Made by a program: the position numbers and the translations under genes. 64,000 nucleotides of DNA from positions 1 through 64,000 of the forward strand of contig CT868185.1 of assembly GCA_000165425.1 (NCBI GenBank), given 5' to 3'. The DNA is from Paramecium tetraurelia. Its lineage: Eukaryota. This document shows, piece by piece, positions 1 through 12,956 of the stretch (its first letter is position 1; each line of letters begins with the position of its first letter). Under the pieces are notes generated by a model, which saw only the letters and a list, made by a program, of their open reading frames with translations, searched no databases and was not told where the DNA came from.

Positions 1-1274
1 GAACGCTAGCTCCCATGCTTGGGAAATTCGTTTTACATGTTTTAACAAAGGTATGATTTACTTTTGGATGATTTCTTAGCTTTTACTTTAGATAAATTGA
101 ACAGATCAAAAGAGGCTTTAGAAAATTATGACTAAGCAATTTAGATAGGCCCAAATATTTCTGACTATTATAATGGCAAAGGTGTAATTAGATATTGATG
201 ATTACTTAGCATTGACATTAGTGAAAATGAATCGATACTATGAGGCTTTAGAAAATTACGATTAAGCAATTCTGATTAATTCAAATGATTTTCGTTATAA
301 TTTTAACAAAGGTATAATTTATTTGGATGATTTCTAAGCTGCTCTTCTATATAATATGAACAAATTTGAAGAAGCTTAAGAAAATTATGAAATCGGATTT
401 CAGAAAAATCCAGAATATTATGACTATTATTATCGTAAAGGTATAACTAAATATAGTTGATATCTTAGCTGATACTCTAGAGAAAATGAACAGATTTTAA
501 GAGGCTTTGGAATATTATGATGAGGCAATATTGAAAAACCCCACAATTTCAAAGTACTATAGTCGCAAGGGTATAATTCAAAAGAGATAATTTAGCTTTT
601 ATATTATGTAAAAAGAAACAATTTGAAGAGGCTCTGGAAAATTATGATATAGCAATCTCAATAGATCCAGAAGATTCCGAAGGTTATTTTGGTAAAGGTA
701 TAATACAATATAAATGATTTCTTAGCTAATACATTATCTCAAATGAACAGATTTGAAGAGGCTCTATAATTTTATGAATCAGCAATTTAGAAAAATCCAG
801 AAAATTCAGATTATTGTTATCACAAAGGTAAAACCAAAAATGGATTAATTTATTAGGTTATACATTAAATCAAATGTAAAGATTTGAAGAAGCTCTGTAA
901 TGGTATGATTCAGCAATTGAGAGAAATCCAGAAAAATCTGACTATTATAATCGAAAAGGTAACATATAAAATGGATGATATCTAAGCAAATACTTTAGAT
1001 TAAATGTAAAGATTTGAGGAGGCTTTGGAAGGTTATGATTTAGCAATTTAGAAAAATCCAGAAAATTAAAGTTGTCATATTAACAAAGGTATACACATCA
1101 ATTTATAATTTCTTAGCTTATACTCTAGATAAATTGGACAAATTGTAAAAGATTTTCAATATTTAGAATAATTCAAATGTTTAAAAGAAATATAATTACA
1201 ACTTCTAACTTATAAAATAATATATTAACAGGTATTAAGAATTTCGTGATTTGGTTAATGAACATTCTAAATGA
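1..1274 (+). CDS. Tetratricopeptide-repeat (TPR) array protein, 5'-truncated by the window edge
   Basis: Eight 102-nt exons each encode a 34-aa TPR (e.g. ANTLSQMNRFEEALQFYESAIQKNPENSDYCYHK). Introns at 51-79, 182-209, 312-338, 441-468, 571-595, 698-725, 828-856, 959-986, 1089-1116. TGA at 1272-1274. Confidence 0.9.
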
Positions 1275-2213
1275 ATATCGATATATTTTTAAAATATTTT
1301 CATCTAAATTAAATAGATATAAAGAAGACAATAATTTTGAGTCAATTTCAGCAATTTTAAAAATAAAAAAAAATATCAACCTTCTAATTTGTACATACAA
1401 TTACATAATGTTATATTATTTATTTAAATAAAGTTTTTGCTTTATTAATAGGTTGCTTAAATAATACCTTTGTTCAAATAATAGTTCGAATCTTTAGGGT
1501 TTTATTTATCTAAATTTTTCTTTTATCTCGTAATGCAATTTAAGTTCTGTATTATATTTCAAATGATTCCATTCTAAACTGATATCTCAAATCCATTATC
1601 TTTTATATTAACCTCAAAAGGCTAGAATATAAGCTTTGGATGTCAAAAATACAACATAAGAAAAGTATACTCCACAACTCATGAAACAGCAACTTCCACC
1701 CCACTATATCTATCGTTTTTGAGTGATTTTAATTAATTTCTTATTTGCAAATAAAAGTAACTGTATGTACTTTTGTTATAATTAGTGATTTAAATTTGAC
1801 AATAGTTTGATAGAGAGATAGAATTTAATGGAATTTTTAGAAGATAATTTGATTTTGGCCTATTCTTATTCTTTGATGGCTCAAAACCATATCGCCTAAA
1901 AATTTTCTTTCAACCCTCAAGATCTAAAATTAGTATAATTTAAACTTTCATGCTTGATTACCTTTTTCAATGCATTCTTTACCAAATAAGTCATTAGTTA
2001 AGTAATAATATTTTTAGTATAATTGCTAAATAATATAAACATTAAACAATAGATACTCTTACTTCTTGATAAGAAAATTTTCAATTAATTTAAATAAAAT
2101 CAATTTAAATTGCAACATTCTTTCAAATCAAAATCATTCCTTTTAAAATTCTCATTTCTATTTAAACTTATAACTCCTCCCTTACTTGCACTCATTTAAA
2201 CATTTGTGTTTGA

Positions 2214-3031
2214 ATGGTATTAATAAAATTTAAATTTAAGTTTTCGATGGTTGCATGTCTGAATTTGAATAGAATTTCAATTCTCAGTACTGGAGAATTA
2301 GTTAGATGAAAAAATAGGAACTATATCCAATAATAGAGGCTAAGATATTGGACTAAGAATCAAAACAGAGCCGGGAAACTATGAGGAAACAAGTTTTGAC
2401 TTATAAGTAGCCTCCTTCTTATAGCTAACTGTAGCATAAAGGTCGAGAGAACTTGAGGACGCTTAATTTATTGAGAACGCATTGAGCCTGGCCTAGATGG
2501 TTGATGAGGGAAAGGACGACTTTCTTCTTCCATTGAAGATATTCCCCGGAAGGCTGATACCGATTTGCAGAAACCTATGGGTTGAACAACTACCTTAAAA
2601 AATTTATGAAACTCAACCGTGGATATCTCAAATCCACCAAGAATTTGGATGGGTTAGGAAGAGAAAGAGCGAGAAAGATGAAAGAGATTAAGACAAAGAT
2701 TATCTAAGAATTCAAATTGTTGAAGGCCGAGAATGATGAATAAATAGAAAGTGTAGACCTTGCAATCCAAAGAGGCTTCCACAATGAAATTTTATTCGAG
2801 ATCAAATATTATTATAATTTTTATTTGCCTATTTCCAGAGCTGTTCAAAAAATTGCAATCCCAGCCTGTGTGTAATATTTTGAGGAGGATTATTTTTCCT
2901 CTTGGTCCAGAAATATAGCTTGATAAATATAAAAAAAAAATAATAAAAAGGTAAGTAGATTTAATCAATAATAAGATCAATTTAAAAGAACATAGCAGAT
3001 AATTGAGGCAATATGAGCTTTTCGAAATGAT
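2214..3031 (+). pseudogene. Coding-like region with disrupted frames (probable pseudogene or assembly errors)
   Basis: Higher GC and purine-rich. Protein-like stretches switch between frames, and the frame starting at ATG 2255 has three internal TGAs. Confidence 0.35.
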
Positions 3032-3059
3032 AAAATATATATTTATTATTTTTTAATCT

Positions 3060-3870
3060 TTAGTTTTTAGATGAAATCTTGATAAAATTAATTCAACTTT
3101 ATTAAAATTCATAGCTTTGGATAATTACTAGCCCTTGTCATTTCATTCATAATCAATGGTATTTTCTGCCTAAATATTGGCGATAAAAATATTATCTGTA
3201 AGAACGTTATAAAAGAGAGTTTGAAGTATCTTAATCTCTCCTCTAGAAGGGAAAGAGATTAGGTCTGAGTTTTGACTTCCCAAAAATATTTGGCATAAAG
3301 TATACTTACTCATTTTAGTTACGTCTTATAATTTAATAACTATTAGTTTTTAAGCATCTATTGAATTTCTTTCTTCATTCTCAAATTCGAGCCTATCTCC
3401 ATTATAAGTTTCTATTAATGATGTTTGCTATATTTCAGTTTGATCAAAAATTCGTTTCATTCCTATTTCATCCCCCTCGATCTTCAGAAGTATTCATAAG
3501 AGGATTTTGTTATTCTCTAAGGATTATAGATGAATTCGAAATAGTATGTAAATTTTTATCGCATTATCTTGTTAACATTCAAAGATTAAAGAAATATTGT
3601 CGATATTTTTTATACCAATTATGTCTCTTCATATTTTCTTCCAGATTTTCAACACCCAAATCTTTATAGATCTTTAGTTTTTGGTTGTAGATCAATAAAC
3701 AATAAAGTTTCTTTTCGAAAAATGATTTTAGTAATTTGTATACCTCTCTTTTTCTTTTTGTTTTGACATATACATTTTGAATATCATTTTTCTGGTGTTA
3801 CTTTTAACAAAGTTTTTGTTTAAAAATTTCCCAATTTTTTCTAGCTTAAGGTATGATTGTCGTCAATTAA
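3060..3870 (-). pseudogene. Degenerate coding-like region
   Basis: The minus strand is purine-rich with short open segments, but TGA stops occur in all frames and I could not remove them with tiny introns. Confidence 0.25.
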
Positions 3871-3942
3871 ATTACAAATTTCAATACTGTAAAATTATAT
3901 TTTATTACTCAAACTTTAAAGTAAATTTTAAAATATTCTGTT

Positions 3943-5072
3943 ATGAAAAAAATAGACGGGAATGGTGAAAAATAGTTAAAGGATGTTGAAGGGAATTCAG
4001 CATCAATGAGTAAAGATACTTTTTATTGTGATAGATTATCCTATACCACTCGAGTTTGATAGCAAAAAAAACCATCCTAATTATCTAAAAGGCAAAAGTA
4101 AAGAAAATCAAATTACATCAAGTAGTTATATATGATCATTAGTAGTCCAATAAGATTAAAAAAATCGCAAGCCAGTTTAGGTTAGTATTGATCGCCCTTT
4201 AGAAGGCAAAAGATTCTTGAACAAAGAAAAGAACTCATAAAAAATATTTTTATAAGTAAGAAATGATAATGGAAGTGAAAACAGCAGTTGTGAATTAGGA
4301 AATTCAAATTCAGATTGCGAATGTGCAAAAAATATGATCCCTAAAAAAAATATCGAAATAAAAATGTATTTAGTTTTAATTTATATAGAAATCGAAAAAG
4401 AAAAAAGAAGACTGATACAACTCCATTTTATGATTAAATCATCTACCATGATCCAAGAATGAGGAGGATAAACTTCGTTTACAGTTCATCTGGATCGTCA
4501 GATTCTGAATATGAAAGGGTTTTTATAAAGAAAGAAGAAATACCTGAAAAAAAATATAAAGATAAGCCATCAAAAAAAGATCCATCAGAAAAAGAAATCC
4601 CATTACCAGAGCACATTCTTGAATGTCCAATTCAGCCCCTTCCTATTCCAAAAGTTGAAAAATTACCAGAAGTGAAAAAACCAAAATAGGAAAAACCTAT
4701 TAAATAACCAAAGATATAGAAATACCGCCCAAAACCTCCAGAAGAAGAATGGGCGAAATATGAAACCCCAAACGTTGTACATCCATATTAATTAAAAAAA
4801 CCTTAAAAGCCAGTTGAAAAACAAAAAGACTCTAAACCAATTTATGGGAAACCAAGAGAAAGAGTTGAATTTAAAGCTCCAAAAGTTAATTTATTATTTA
4901 TTCTTAGGCGTAAGAATAAGCAAATGATTTTATTCCGAAAGCTCTTCCAACTCAAAATGCAGCACCATTAAAAGAAAAACAAAAAAAGAAATAAAAAAAA
5001 TAGAATCAATCATCATCCGGCTCAAGTTATTGTTATGAGTGTGAGTGCTTAAGCGATGCATGTGATTGTTGA
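3943..5072 (+). CDS. Hypothetical Lys/Pro/Glu-rich protein with Cys-rich C-terminus
   Basis: ATG 3943 and several tiny introns. Includes ORF 4459-4689 and ends CYECECLSDACDC-TGA. One homopolymer-run frame inconsistency near 4325-4350. Confidence 0.6.
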
Positions 5073-5153
5073 AAATATACTTTGAATTATAATTATTCAG
5101 TATTGCTTTAATTTTAAATCAAAACTCAAGAATATTTAAGACTTTATTCATTA

Positions 5154-7239
5154 TCATTAGTTTTTAAAAGAAATCAATTCTTTTAGACATATTATTGAAT
5201 CTTCGATGCATTTCGCTGATTCTTTCATTCCTCCTAACATGTAAAAACTTAAAAATCCGTGTGACATGCCTTCATAAACAATAATTTTCACATTTCTTTA
5301 ATTTTTGATTAAAGAGTGAGCTAACCTGTGGGAATGATCTAATAATGGATCTTTTGAGCCAACTAATATTCTTACAGGAGGGAATTTTGAAATAATCTTG
5401 AATTTATACAATTTTTACTTCATCACTAAAATGATTGGGGCTTCTAAAAGGGTCAAATTCATAACTGGCTGGATGATTTGTGTACGCATCTATGCAAATA
5501 TCCATTAATGTATGATTCAATAGAAAATCTTCTAGTCCATGCATATGACTTGGTGAATATTTCATTTTTAAATCTAGCACAGGGTAAGATAGCAGAAGTC
5601 CATCGGGCACTTTAATACCAAATTTAATAGCTAATCCTGTTAATGCACAACAAAGGTTGCCTCCTGCGGAATCTCCTGCTAAGATAATTTTTTTTGGCTA
5701 GATATTAAAGTGATATTGAAGATGGCTTAAAATCCAATGATAGGCTTGCCAACAATCATCAACTGCTTAAGGATATCTATATTTGGGAGCTAAGCTATAA
5801 TCAACAGAAAAAATAGGAATTCCTAATTGATTAGCCCATCTAATTTAAAGAAACAGATTACTCTCTTGTGTAATTTTAATGACTAGATGATGACATTGAG
5901 ATAAAACCTCCTCCGTGGAAATGAATAATTATAGTCTAAAACGTGTCATAATTCAAAGTTTCATTTTTTATTGATTATGAAAAGGTTTACTGAAATTAGT
6001 TTGTTTTCACTAAAGATTTTGAGGATAGTATTCTTATTCGTAATTTAGTTTTATCTTTAGTCAATATTGATTTGTGTTGTTTAATATCGTAATGTATAGA
6101 TTTATTAACATATTCTAAGGGTTCATTGGTTATTTTATTCAGAATCCCTTACTCAAATTGTTTATTCATGTAATTTAGGGTCAGAGGCGAAACAACAGGA
6201 TCAATGTAAATTTTGATATTATGTTTGATGGAAGTAATTCCAAATTCAATTAAATGCTTAATCCCTGGTTTTTCAACCATTCCCATAACACTCATAGCAC
6301 TTTCTACTTGCATATCGCACATATGTTCCATAGCTCGTAATTTTGCTCTTCCATCCAATACAAAATACCAAACTGAAGAGAAAATAAAAATGATATCTCT
6401 CATAAATGAATTTTTAAATTTAGATTTCTTTAAAAATATGGCGTGACCAATTCTTATGGATTTCATAAAATTATAGTATGATTAAGATATTTAATCCGAG
6501 TTCTAACTCAACTTCGTATATGTAGAAATTGCCTTAATTTGCCTCCAAAATAGATGATTTTTATTTAAACAAATTATGTCTTATTGACTCATATCAATAG
6601 CTGATGCAAATATTCTCACCAAAATATTAAGATGTGAATTATAAACAACCAATTTTTCCTCTAATGCTTATGAATCATGATTGGAAAGATAATGGTGACT
6701 TATTCTAATAATTTATTTTAGAGTATCTTGAGTAAAAACATGATTCATATGTTATAGTCCAAAAAAATTGATATCTTGAATATTTCTAGCTTTAAGCCGA
6801 AATTCTTCGTTATCTTAGTATTTTGCTAATAAATCTGAAAATTTTGGGCTCGACTTTTCTGTAGAATCTGCAAAAATTTCTAGCAAAGTTTCATACAAAT
6901 CTTTTAAAACAACCAAATAGTTAACAGCATATTAAATTCTGTGTATGGTGCAATTGCTTTTGATATATTTATGAATTAAATTGTTCATTAGTTAAATTAG
7001 GTCTGATAATGTATTTCTAACTAGTAATATAATTAAGTAATACTCAAAGTGCAATTCAATCTAAACTCATCAATAGTTAACTATTAGTGACTATCTACAG
7101 TCATTATTTACTCGAACAATGAATCAACGTGACCCAATAAATTATCTTCTTCACATAAGTTCGATGGCTTATATATTGGGAATATGGCATCCAAAATCTC
7201 CTTATCCAATTATTCATAATCGGCACAAAGTTTTTCCAT
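5154..7239 (-). CDS. Hormone-sensitive-lipase-like alpha/beta hydrolase
   Basis: IIHFHGGGFISMSS oxyanion motif, LAGDSAGGNL nucleophile elbow, DPLLD acid region and MSHGF catalytic His near the C-terminus. Confidence 0.9.
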
Positions 7240-7385
7240 TGATAATAATTAAATAATCTGATAAAAGAATTTTCAATCACAAATTTGATTTCACAAACTT
7301 AAATATAATGCTGTTATTTTTTCATTATATCTAACAATATTATTATTTCTTAGACTTTGAGTCAAGCTTAATATTATACTTGTTA

Positions 7386-9498
7386 TAAACTATTATAATT
7401 ATTTAATGATTAGAGGGACAATAGAAATATTTGTTTATTTAAAAGAGTTAAGGAACATTGATCTTTTTTAACAGGGAGTTTATCAACTTAAGATTTGCAT
7501 ATATAAGAAAGATGATACTTAATTAGATATTATATCAGCTTAACCATACATGACTGTGGAGTAGAAGAGATTTTTCAATAAACAGACAACAGATACTTAT
7601 GTGTAATCTTCAAAACTCATTGATACAAGCTTTTACAGCAAAGCTTTTATTATTAAATATTGTGATTAAGTTGTAGAGTTAAATGAGGGATGTGTGTTTA
7701 GAATTGAAATCCAAGCTTATCCAGAAATGAACCTTAACGAATTATATTGCATTATTGAACTGCATTTTTGTGAACTAAGCACTATAACACAAGAGGATTT
7801 TAAGCCAGTATTATTCATTTTGAATTATTAGGATCGATTACAGAATTATCAAAAATGCGTAGCGAAATTTTCAAGCAAATTACACAATGTTAAATTTATA
7901 AAAGAATATGTCCCTTGTGTATTTGATGAATCCCACTTTTGCTTATTAAAATTAAGTCTACACTCAGTTTTAGTTGACTTCAAATATTATCAGCAAAATG
8001 ACTTATCACTTCAATAATTTATGAATAAAATAACAAATCAATGTAAATGATCAAATTAGCAATTAGTTTCTCCTCATCTATTAAATGGATTCTACTCACA
8101 TTATAATAAAATGCTTATGTAAACTCATGAATAAGTAGCCAATTATTATTAAACTAGAGTGAAGCAATGCATTTCTGATGAATAAATTTAAAATAAATAC
8201 AGTAAGTTCACCTATGTCAATACTAAAACAGCAAATTATAAGCCTTTCTCTGAATATGTCACTAAGATCAATGACATCAAAAATAATCCTTAATTGTAAT
8301 AAGAAATATGCAATTAGATGTTTTTAGAAATCAAACATATTTCCTCCTAAATCTTTGTGGCTTGGTATCAATTTGTTGATGCCTATAATTTTATGGCTTC
8401 AGCCTTAACTAATAAATTAGAGCAGGAATATTTACAGAAGATTAAGGAAAGGTGGGGTGAAAGTATATTCTAGCATATTTAAACTGTTGACGATCTCTCT
8501 TTTTAAGATACCTAATCAGGGAAGAACCATAAATAAATGGCATAGCAATATCGAAATAACAATTACTATAAACAATTAGAACCATTAAATATTGAAGATC
8601 TTGATTTATTTCCAGATGCTAAAATACACCCAATAGTTTTTAGGGACGTCTCTCAAAAGCAATAAATTTAACGTAAGTAAATCAAAGGCTTACATTTATT
8701 TGTATTTGTTCATGGTTATTAAGGAAATTCTTATGATTTAAGACTGTGGAGAAATAACATTTCTGTAAGATACCCTGAACATTTAACTTTGCTCTCTAAA
8801 TGTAATCAAGATAATACAGAATAAGATATAATGGCTATGGGAGAGAAATTGGCACTAGAAGTAAAACTTTGGATTAAAGAATGGTGCCCTAAAGAGAATT
8901 TTTCTAAACTTTCCTTTATTGGTCATTCGCTAGGTGGTTTGATCATTAGAGCCTCTTTGCAATACTTAACAAAGTACAAAGATAAAATGTACACATATTT
9001 ATCATTGGCCACACCTCATTTGGGTTATTCTTTATCTTCAAGCAAACTTGTAGACACCGGTTTATGGGTCATTCGTAAATGGAAAAAATGTATATGCTTA
9101 AATTAGCTAACTTTAAATGATTCTCAGAATATTCAAGAAACCTGTCTTTACAAATTATCTAAGTTGGAAGGTTTAGGATGGTTTAACAATATAGCCTTGA
9201 TGAGTTCCTACTAGGACACTTATAGTCCATTTGAGTCAGCTAGGATCTAAAGACCAAAAGGAAATAGTAAAGATGTTATAATTACCAACAAAATGATTGA
9301 TAATATAATGGAAACTTTATAAAATAAAAAAATAGAAAGGTTGGATGTTAATTATGAATAATCTGGAAGGTATTTTTAGAATTTCAATCTTGTAGATCTT
9401 TAGACGTTATGATTGGTAGAGCAGCTCATATTGCTTTCCTAGAAAACAGCGCATTGATCAAATTATCTGTTTACAGTTTCGATGAATTATTTGAATGA
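7386..9498 (+). CDS. FAM135-like protein with C-terminal DUF676 lipase-like domain
   Basis: N-terminal LKELRNIDLFQQGVYQLKI. C-terminal LFVFVHGYQGNSYDLRL, SFIGHSLGGLIIR, ATPHLG and IGRAAHIAFLE. Confidence 0.85.
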
Positions 9499-9603
9499 TT
9501 ATTCTATTAATCTTTATTATAACGATACTAGTGCAGGCATATTAAAACTTTTTAAAATAAATTATGTTAAAATTAGTGAAATTCTGTTTTTATAATTATT
9601 ATA

Positions 9604-10530
9604 ATGTAGGAAGTATATTTATGCGCCTTATTTGAAAATAATTCATTGCCAGAATTAAAGAGCTTTTTCATTCATTTTAAGAGAGCCAATCCAAGAGTAA
9701 AGAAGGTTTACTTTAGAATAACTTCAACTGATTTGGTTTTATATTGCAAAGAATCAATTTCGTCTTGCTATTATATTAGTTATGTTAGTCTTATATATTA
9801 GATAACAATCAAGTGATCGAACAGTTAAAATTGGGCAATTAACAATGCAACAATAAATACATTATATTATAGTTCTAAGATTTCGATACTGTAGTTGGCG
9901 CTGTAAATAAAATTGCCTCAAATCCAAAAGATGTCAGAATTTATTTAGAGCAAATTGAGGATTAAATATTTTTGACTGTATAGAATTCAAATGATTTTAG
10001 TGGAATATCACATAACAAGATGACACAAGCATTATTAAATAGACATACATTGAATTTATTGAAGAATTAGAGATTGTTCAATTAGAACTTTAACCTATGA
10101 TAATTATGCCTACTTATTTATTGAATTAGTAAAAACTAACTTTAACTTTAGAATGGCTACAATAGCAAAAAATTATGATGCCCCTTTAAGATTGAATTTT
10201 TATAAATAATAAGGCTTATATTCAGTTGAAATAATTGTGTAATTAGAAAATGATGTCCCCTCCTTCTCCACACTCTTTTTGGCCTCCTAACACCAAGCAG
10301 AAAATTTAAAACAGATTGATGTATACGATTATGTTAATAGATATTAGAGCTTTTTCTAAATATCAAAAAACTACATCCAATAGTTTATTGATATAACATC
10401 GATAGAAGAAAACATAGTTATTACTTTGGATTAATCACCAACTAGCCCATTAGTTCTCAATTACTTATCTGGTAGAGCTGTGGAAATGGGCATTGTTAAA
10501 CAGTTCATCATATAAAGAATGTATAGTTGA
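9604..10530 (+). CDS. Hypothetical protein, possibly Hus1-like (9-1-1/PCNA-fold clamp subunit)
   Basis: About 290 aa. The N-terminal pattern KKVYFRITSTDLVLY...NNKYIILQF...DVRIYLEQ..FLTV resembles Hus1. Weak, by-eye similarity only. Confidence 0.4.
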
Positions 10531-10574
10531 TTTATAATAAATATTTGGCTTAATTAAGATATATTTTAAAGAGA

Positions 10575-11719
10575 TTCAAGAAATCAAGCTTTCTTATTAC
10601 TTTATTTTCATAGAAGTGAAATATCGTTTATATTGAGTCTTAGTCGTATTAATATGTTCTGATTTCGTTAGGTCTTCGTTTGTATGATTTTATTCTTGTT
10701 ATTAGATCATTTATTAAAGTTTTAATATGCCTTTATTATTGATTTCAATATTCTATTGCATCACAAATGATGGCTATTTGATTAGATAGGGGATAATCTT
10801 CCATTTCGTTATTTTCTCTACATAAAATATGTTTTTCAATATCATTGTAATTAACCAAACTAAAATTATGCTTATGACACAGCAAATAACTATGAAAAGA
10901 ATAATGAAAACTTTAGAATTTAGAAAGTTTTATCTATTTTTAGTTTCCTTTATTGAAGTTCTAAATCTTATTAATAAATTTACAATCTAATTGACAATAA
11001 AATAACCATCACTATAAGTACAAGTTAAAAAGTGACCAAGCAAAATAATGGGATTTTATCTTTACTTTACTCCCAACCTAATCTCTTTATAATATAAGAA
11101 CATTAATTTACCGGAAGAAAAATGAAATTTCCCTCTATTATCATATTGAATTTGACTTAGCATGAAGAACATTTTGCTCCTCTTATTTTATAATTATATT
11201 CATCCAAAATTTACTGCTTTAAGCATTCCTCATGAACATAATACCTCGACCTTACGCATTCACAAGCTTTGATTAAAGGACAGTCATCAGAATCTCCATC
11301 TCCACAAATTCTGCATTAATTATACGAACTAAAACATGTTTCTTGCTTCAAATTGTAAATTTACTTTAATTTTTCTTTGGTTTTTCTTTTGTTTATTGGT
11401 TGATATTGTTTTAACATCTAAATGTTATCAGTTTTTAATCGTTGACTTAGTTATCAGATCGCGAAACTAATATATCTGATTAAGTTGTTTGATTGATTTA
11501 TGTCTGTTGAATTGGTTGATTTTCAAGATCAGGTGCAATCTGATTTTATCTGACTTTTTAATACTCCTGTTATTAATATTGCGAACTTAAGATGTATAAG
11601 CATTAAATTTACATTCCAACTCTCCTTTATTTATACTTGGATTAAATTACTTTGCTAATGTCTAAGTTTTCAAGATCATCTAGATTATTTTCATCCTAAT
11701 CTTCATAATCAGTATTCAT
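10575..11719 (-). CDS. RING-CH (MARCH-type) membrane E3 ubiquitin ligase
   Basis: CRICGDGDSDDCPLIKACECVRSRYYVHEECLK...KCSSC (C4HC3), followed by hydrophobic segments. Confidence 0.8.
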
Positions 11720-11827
11720 TTATTATCTAATTATTTAATTTACGATAATATTATTAATTAATAACATTTTTCATTCTTTATAAGAAGAAATAATAGAAAG
11801 TTAGACAGTTTTATTAAAAATTAAATA

Positions 11828-12956
11828 ATGTTTTTACACGAATTTTAATCAGGCTCTTATTTCTAGGTTTTCGATCCTAAGGAAGTAGAAACCAAAGGAA
11901 GCAAAGAAAAAGAAGATCTTTATAAAAAGTTGTTCAAAATCAATTACCCTTTAAAAAGTTCAAGGTATTTTGATAAAGAAATGAAAGGTAATTAAAATCT
12001 AAATCCCAGGATTTATTTATGAATTCTTAGGTGACTCAACTAGGATTCAATTTCCAAAACAAGGAGAATTAGGCTTGATTCAATAGTTTTTAGTGGTATA
12101 GGTTAATATAGATCTTGGGTTCGTTTGGACTCTAGAGTTGGATGTGACTGATACTACAAAAACTAAAAGAAGAATAGTATTAACAGATAGTGTGAAGAGT
12201 CTTGAAAATCATCATTTCCATATTAAATCCCCAATAGATCATGTAAAAAGAGGATAATGGTTAAATCTCTGCATAGATGTTTGGAGTTTCATGGAAGCGT
12301 TTAAAGGGTGCACATTTCGATCCATAGATTAGATAATTATTGGTTCGCCATGTAAATTAAGGAAAATTTATATTATGAAATATCCAATTTAGGATAGCGA
12401 AATAGATATCACCTTCACTTAAGGTTTTGCGGTAGTTCCAAAGTAGGTTAATTTTCCTGAGGGTTTCCCTTATTAAAACTAATTAATTACTTTTCGACTG
12501 TTGAATTATAATGAGTTTGCTTTAAGTTCTCAAATTCAAAGCCTCCCTAAAAGCCCTGATAAGTATTATTGAAATATTTATAGATATGTTTATGATGTAA
12601 AATATCCGATAGAGTAAAAATAAAAAATAGGAAAATATAAATATAACAAACCTGAACAATCTATTTAAAAAAAACAGACCTAGCAATAATCTTAAAATTT
12701 TCAAAAATATGATAATATTGATTTAGATGAAAAATTATAATCTTCCTTGAATGATGAAGAATCAGAACCTAAAGATAATCCATCTTATTTCGAAGAAATT
12801 TAATAGGATTAATATGAAAATGAATAATTAGAAGATTATCTAGAGGATTTCGATCAAAAGGATGAAGAGTATCTCAAACTAGTGTACGATCCGAAATTGA
12901 AATGCTTTTATGATCCTTAAACTAATGAATATTATCAATTAAATAATTAAGAATGA
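11828..12956 (+). CDS. CFAP20DC: CFAP20-domain-containing protein (C3orf67-like)
   Basis: N-terminal CFA20/DUF667-like domain (LGLIQQFLVVQ, LELDVTDTTKTKRRIVL, GQWLNLCIDV, CKLRKIY). C-terminal LVYDPKLKCFYDPQTNEYYQL motif. Confidence 0.8.

Noticed and set aside
51..1116. Repeat/spacer periodicity of about 130 bp resembling a CRISPR array
   Set aside because: It is fully explained by 102-nt TPR exons plus 25-29-nt GT-AG introns.
1500..2195. Possible minus-strand gene
   Set aside because: There are only short open segments, and I could not build a consistent start, intron and stop model.
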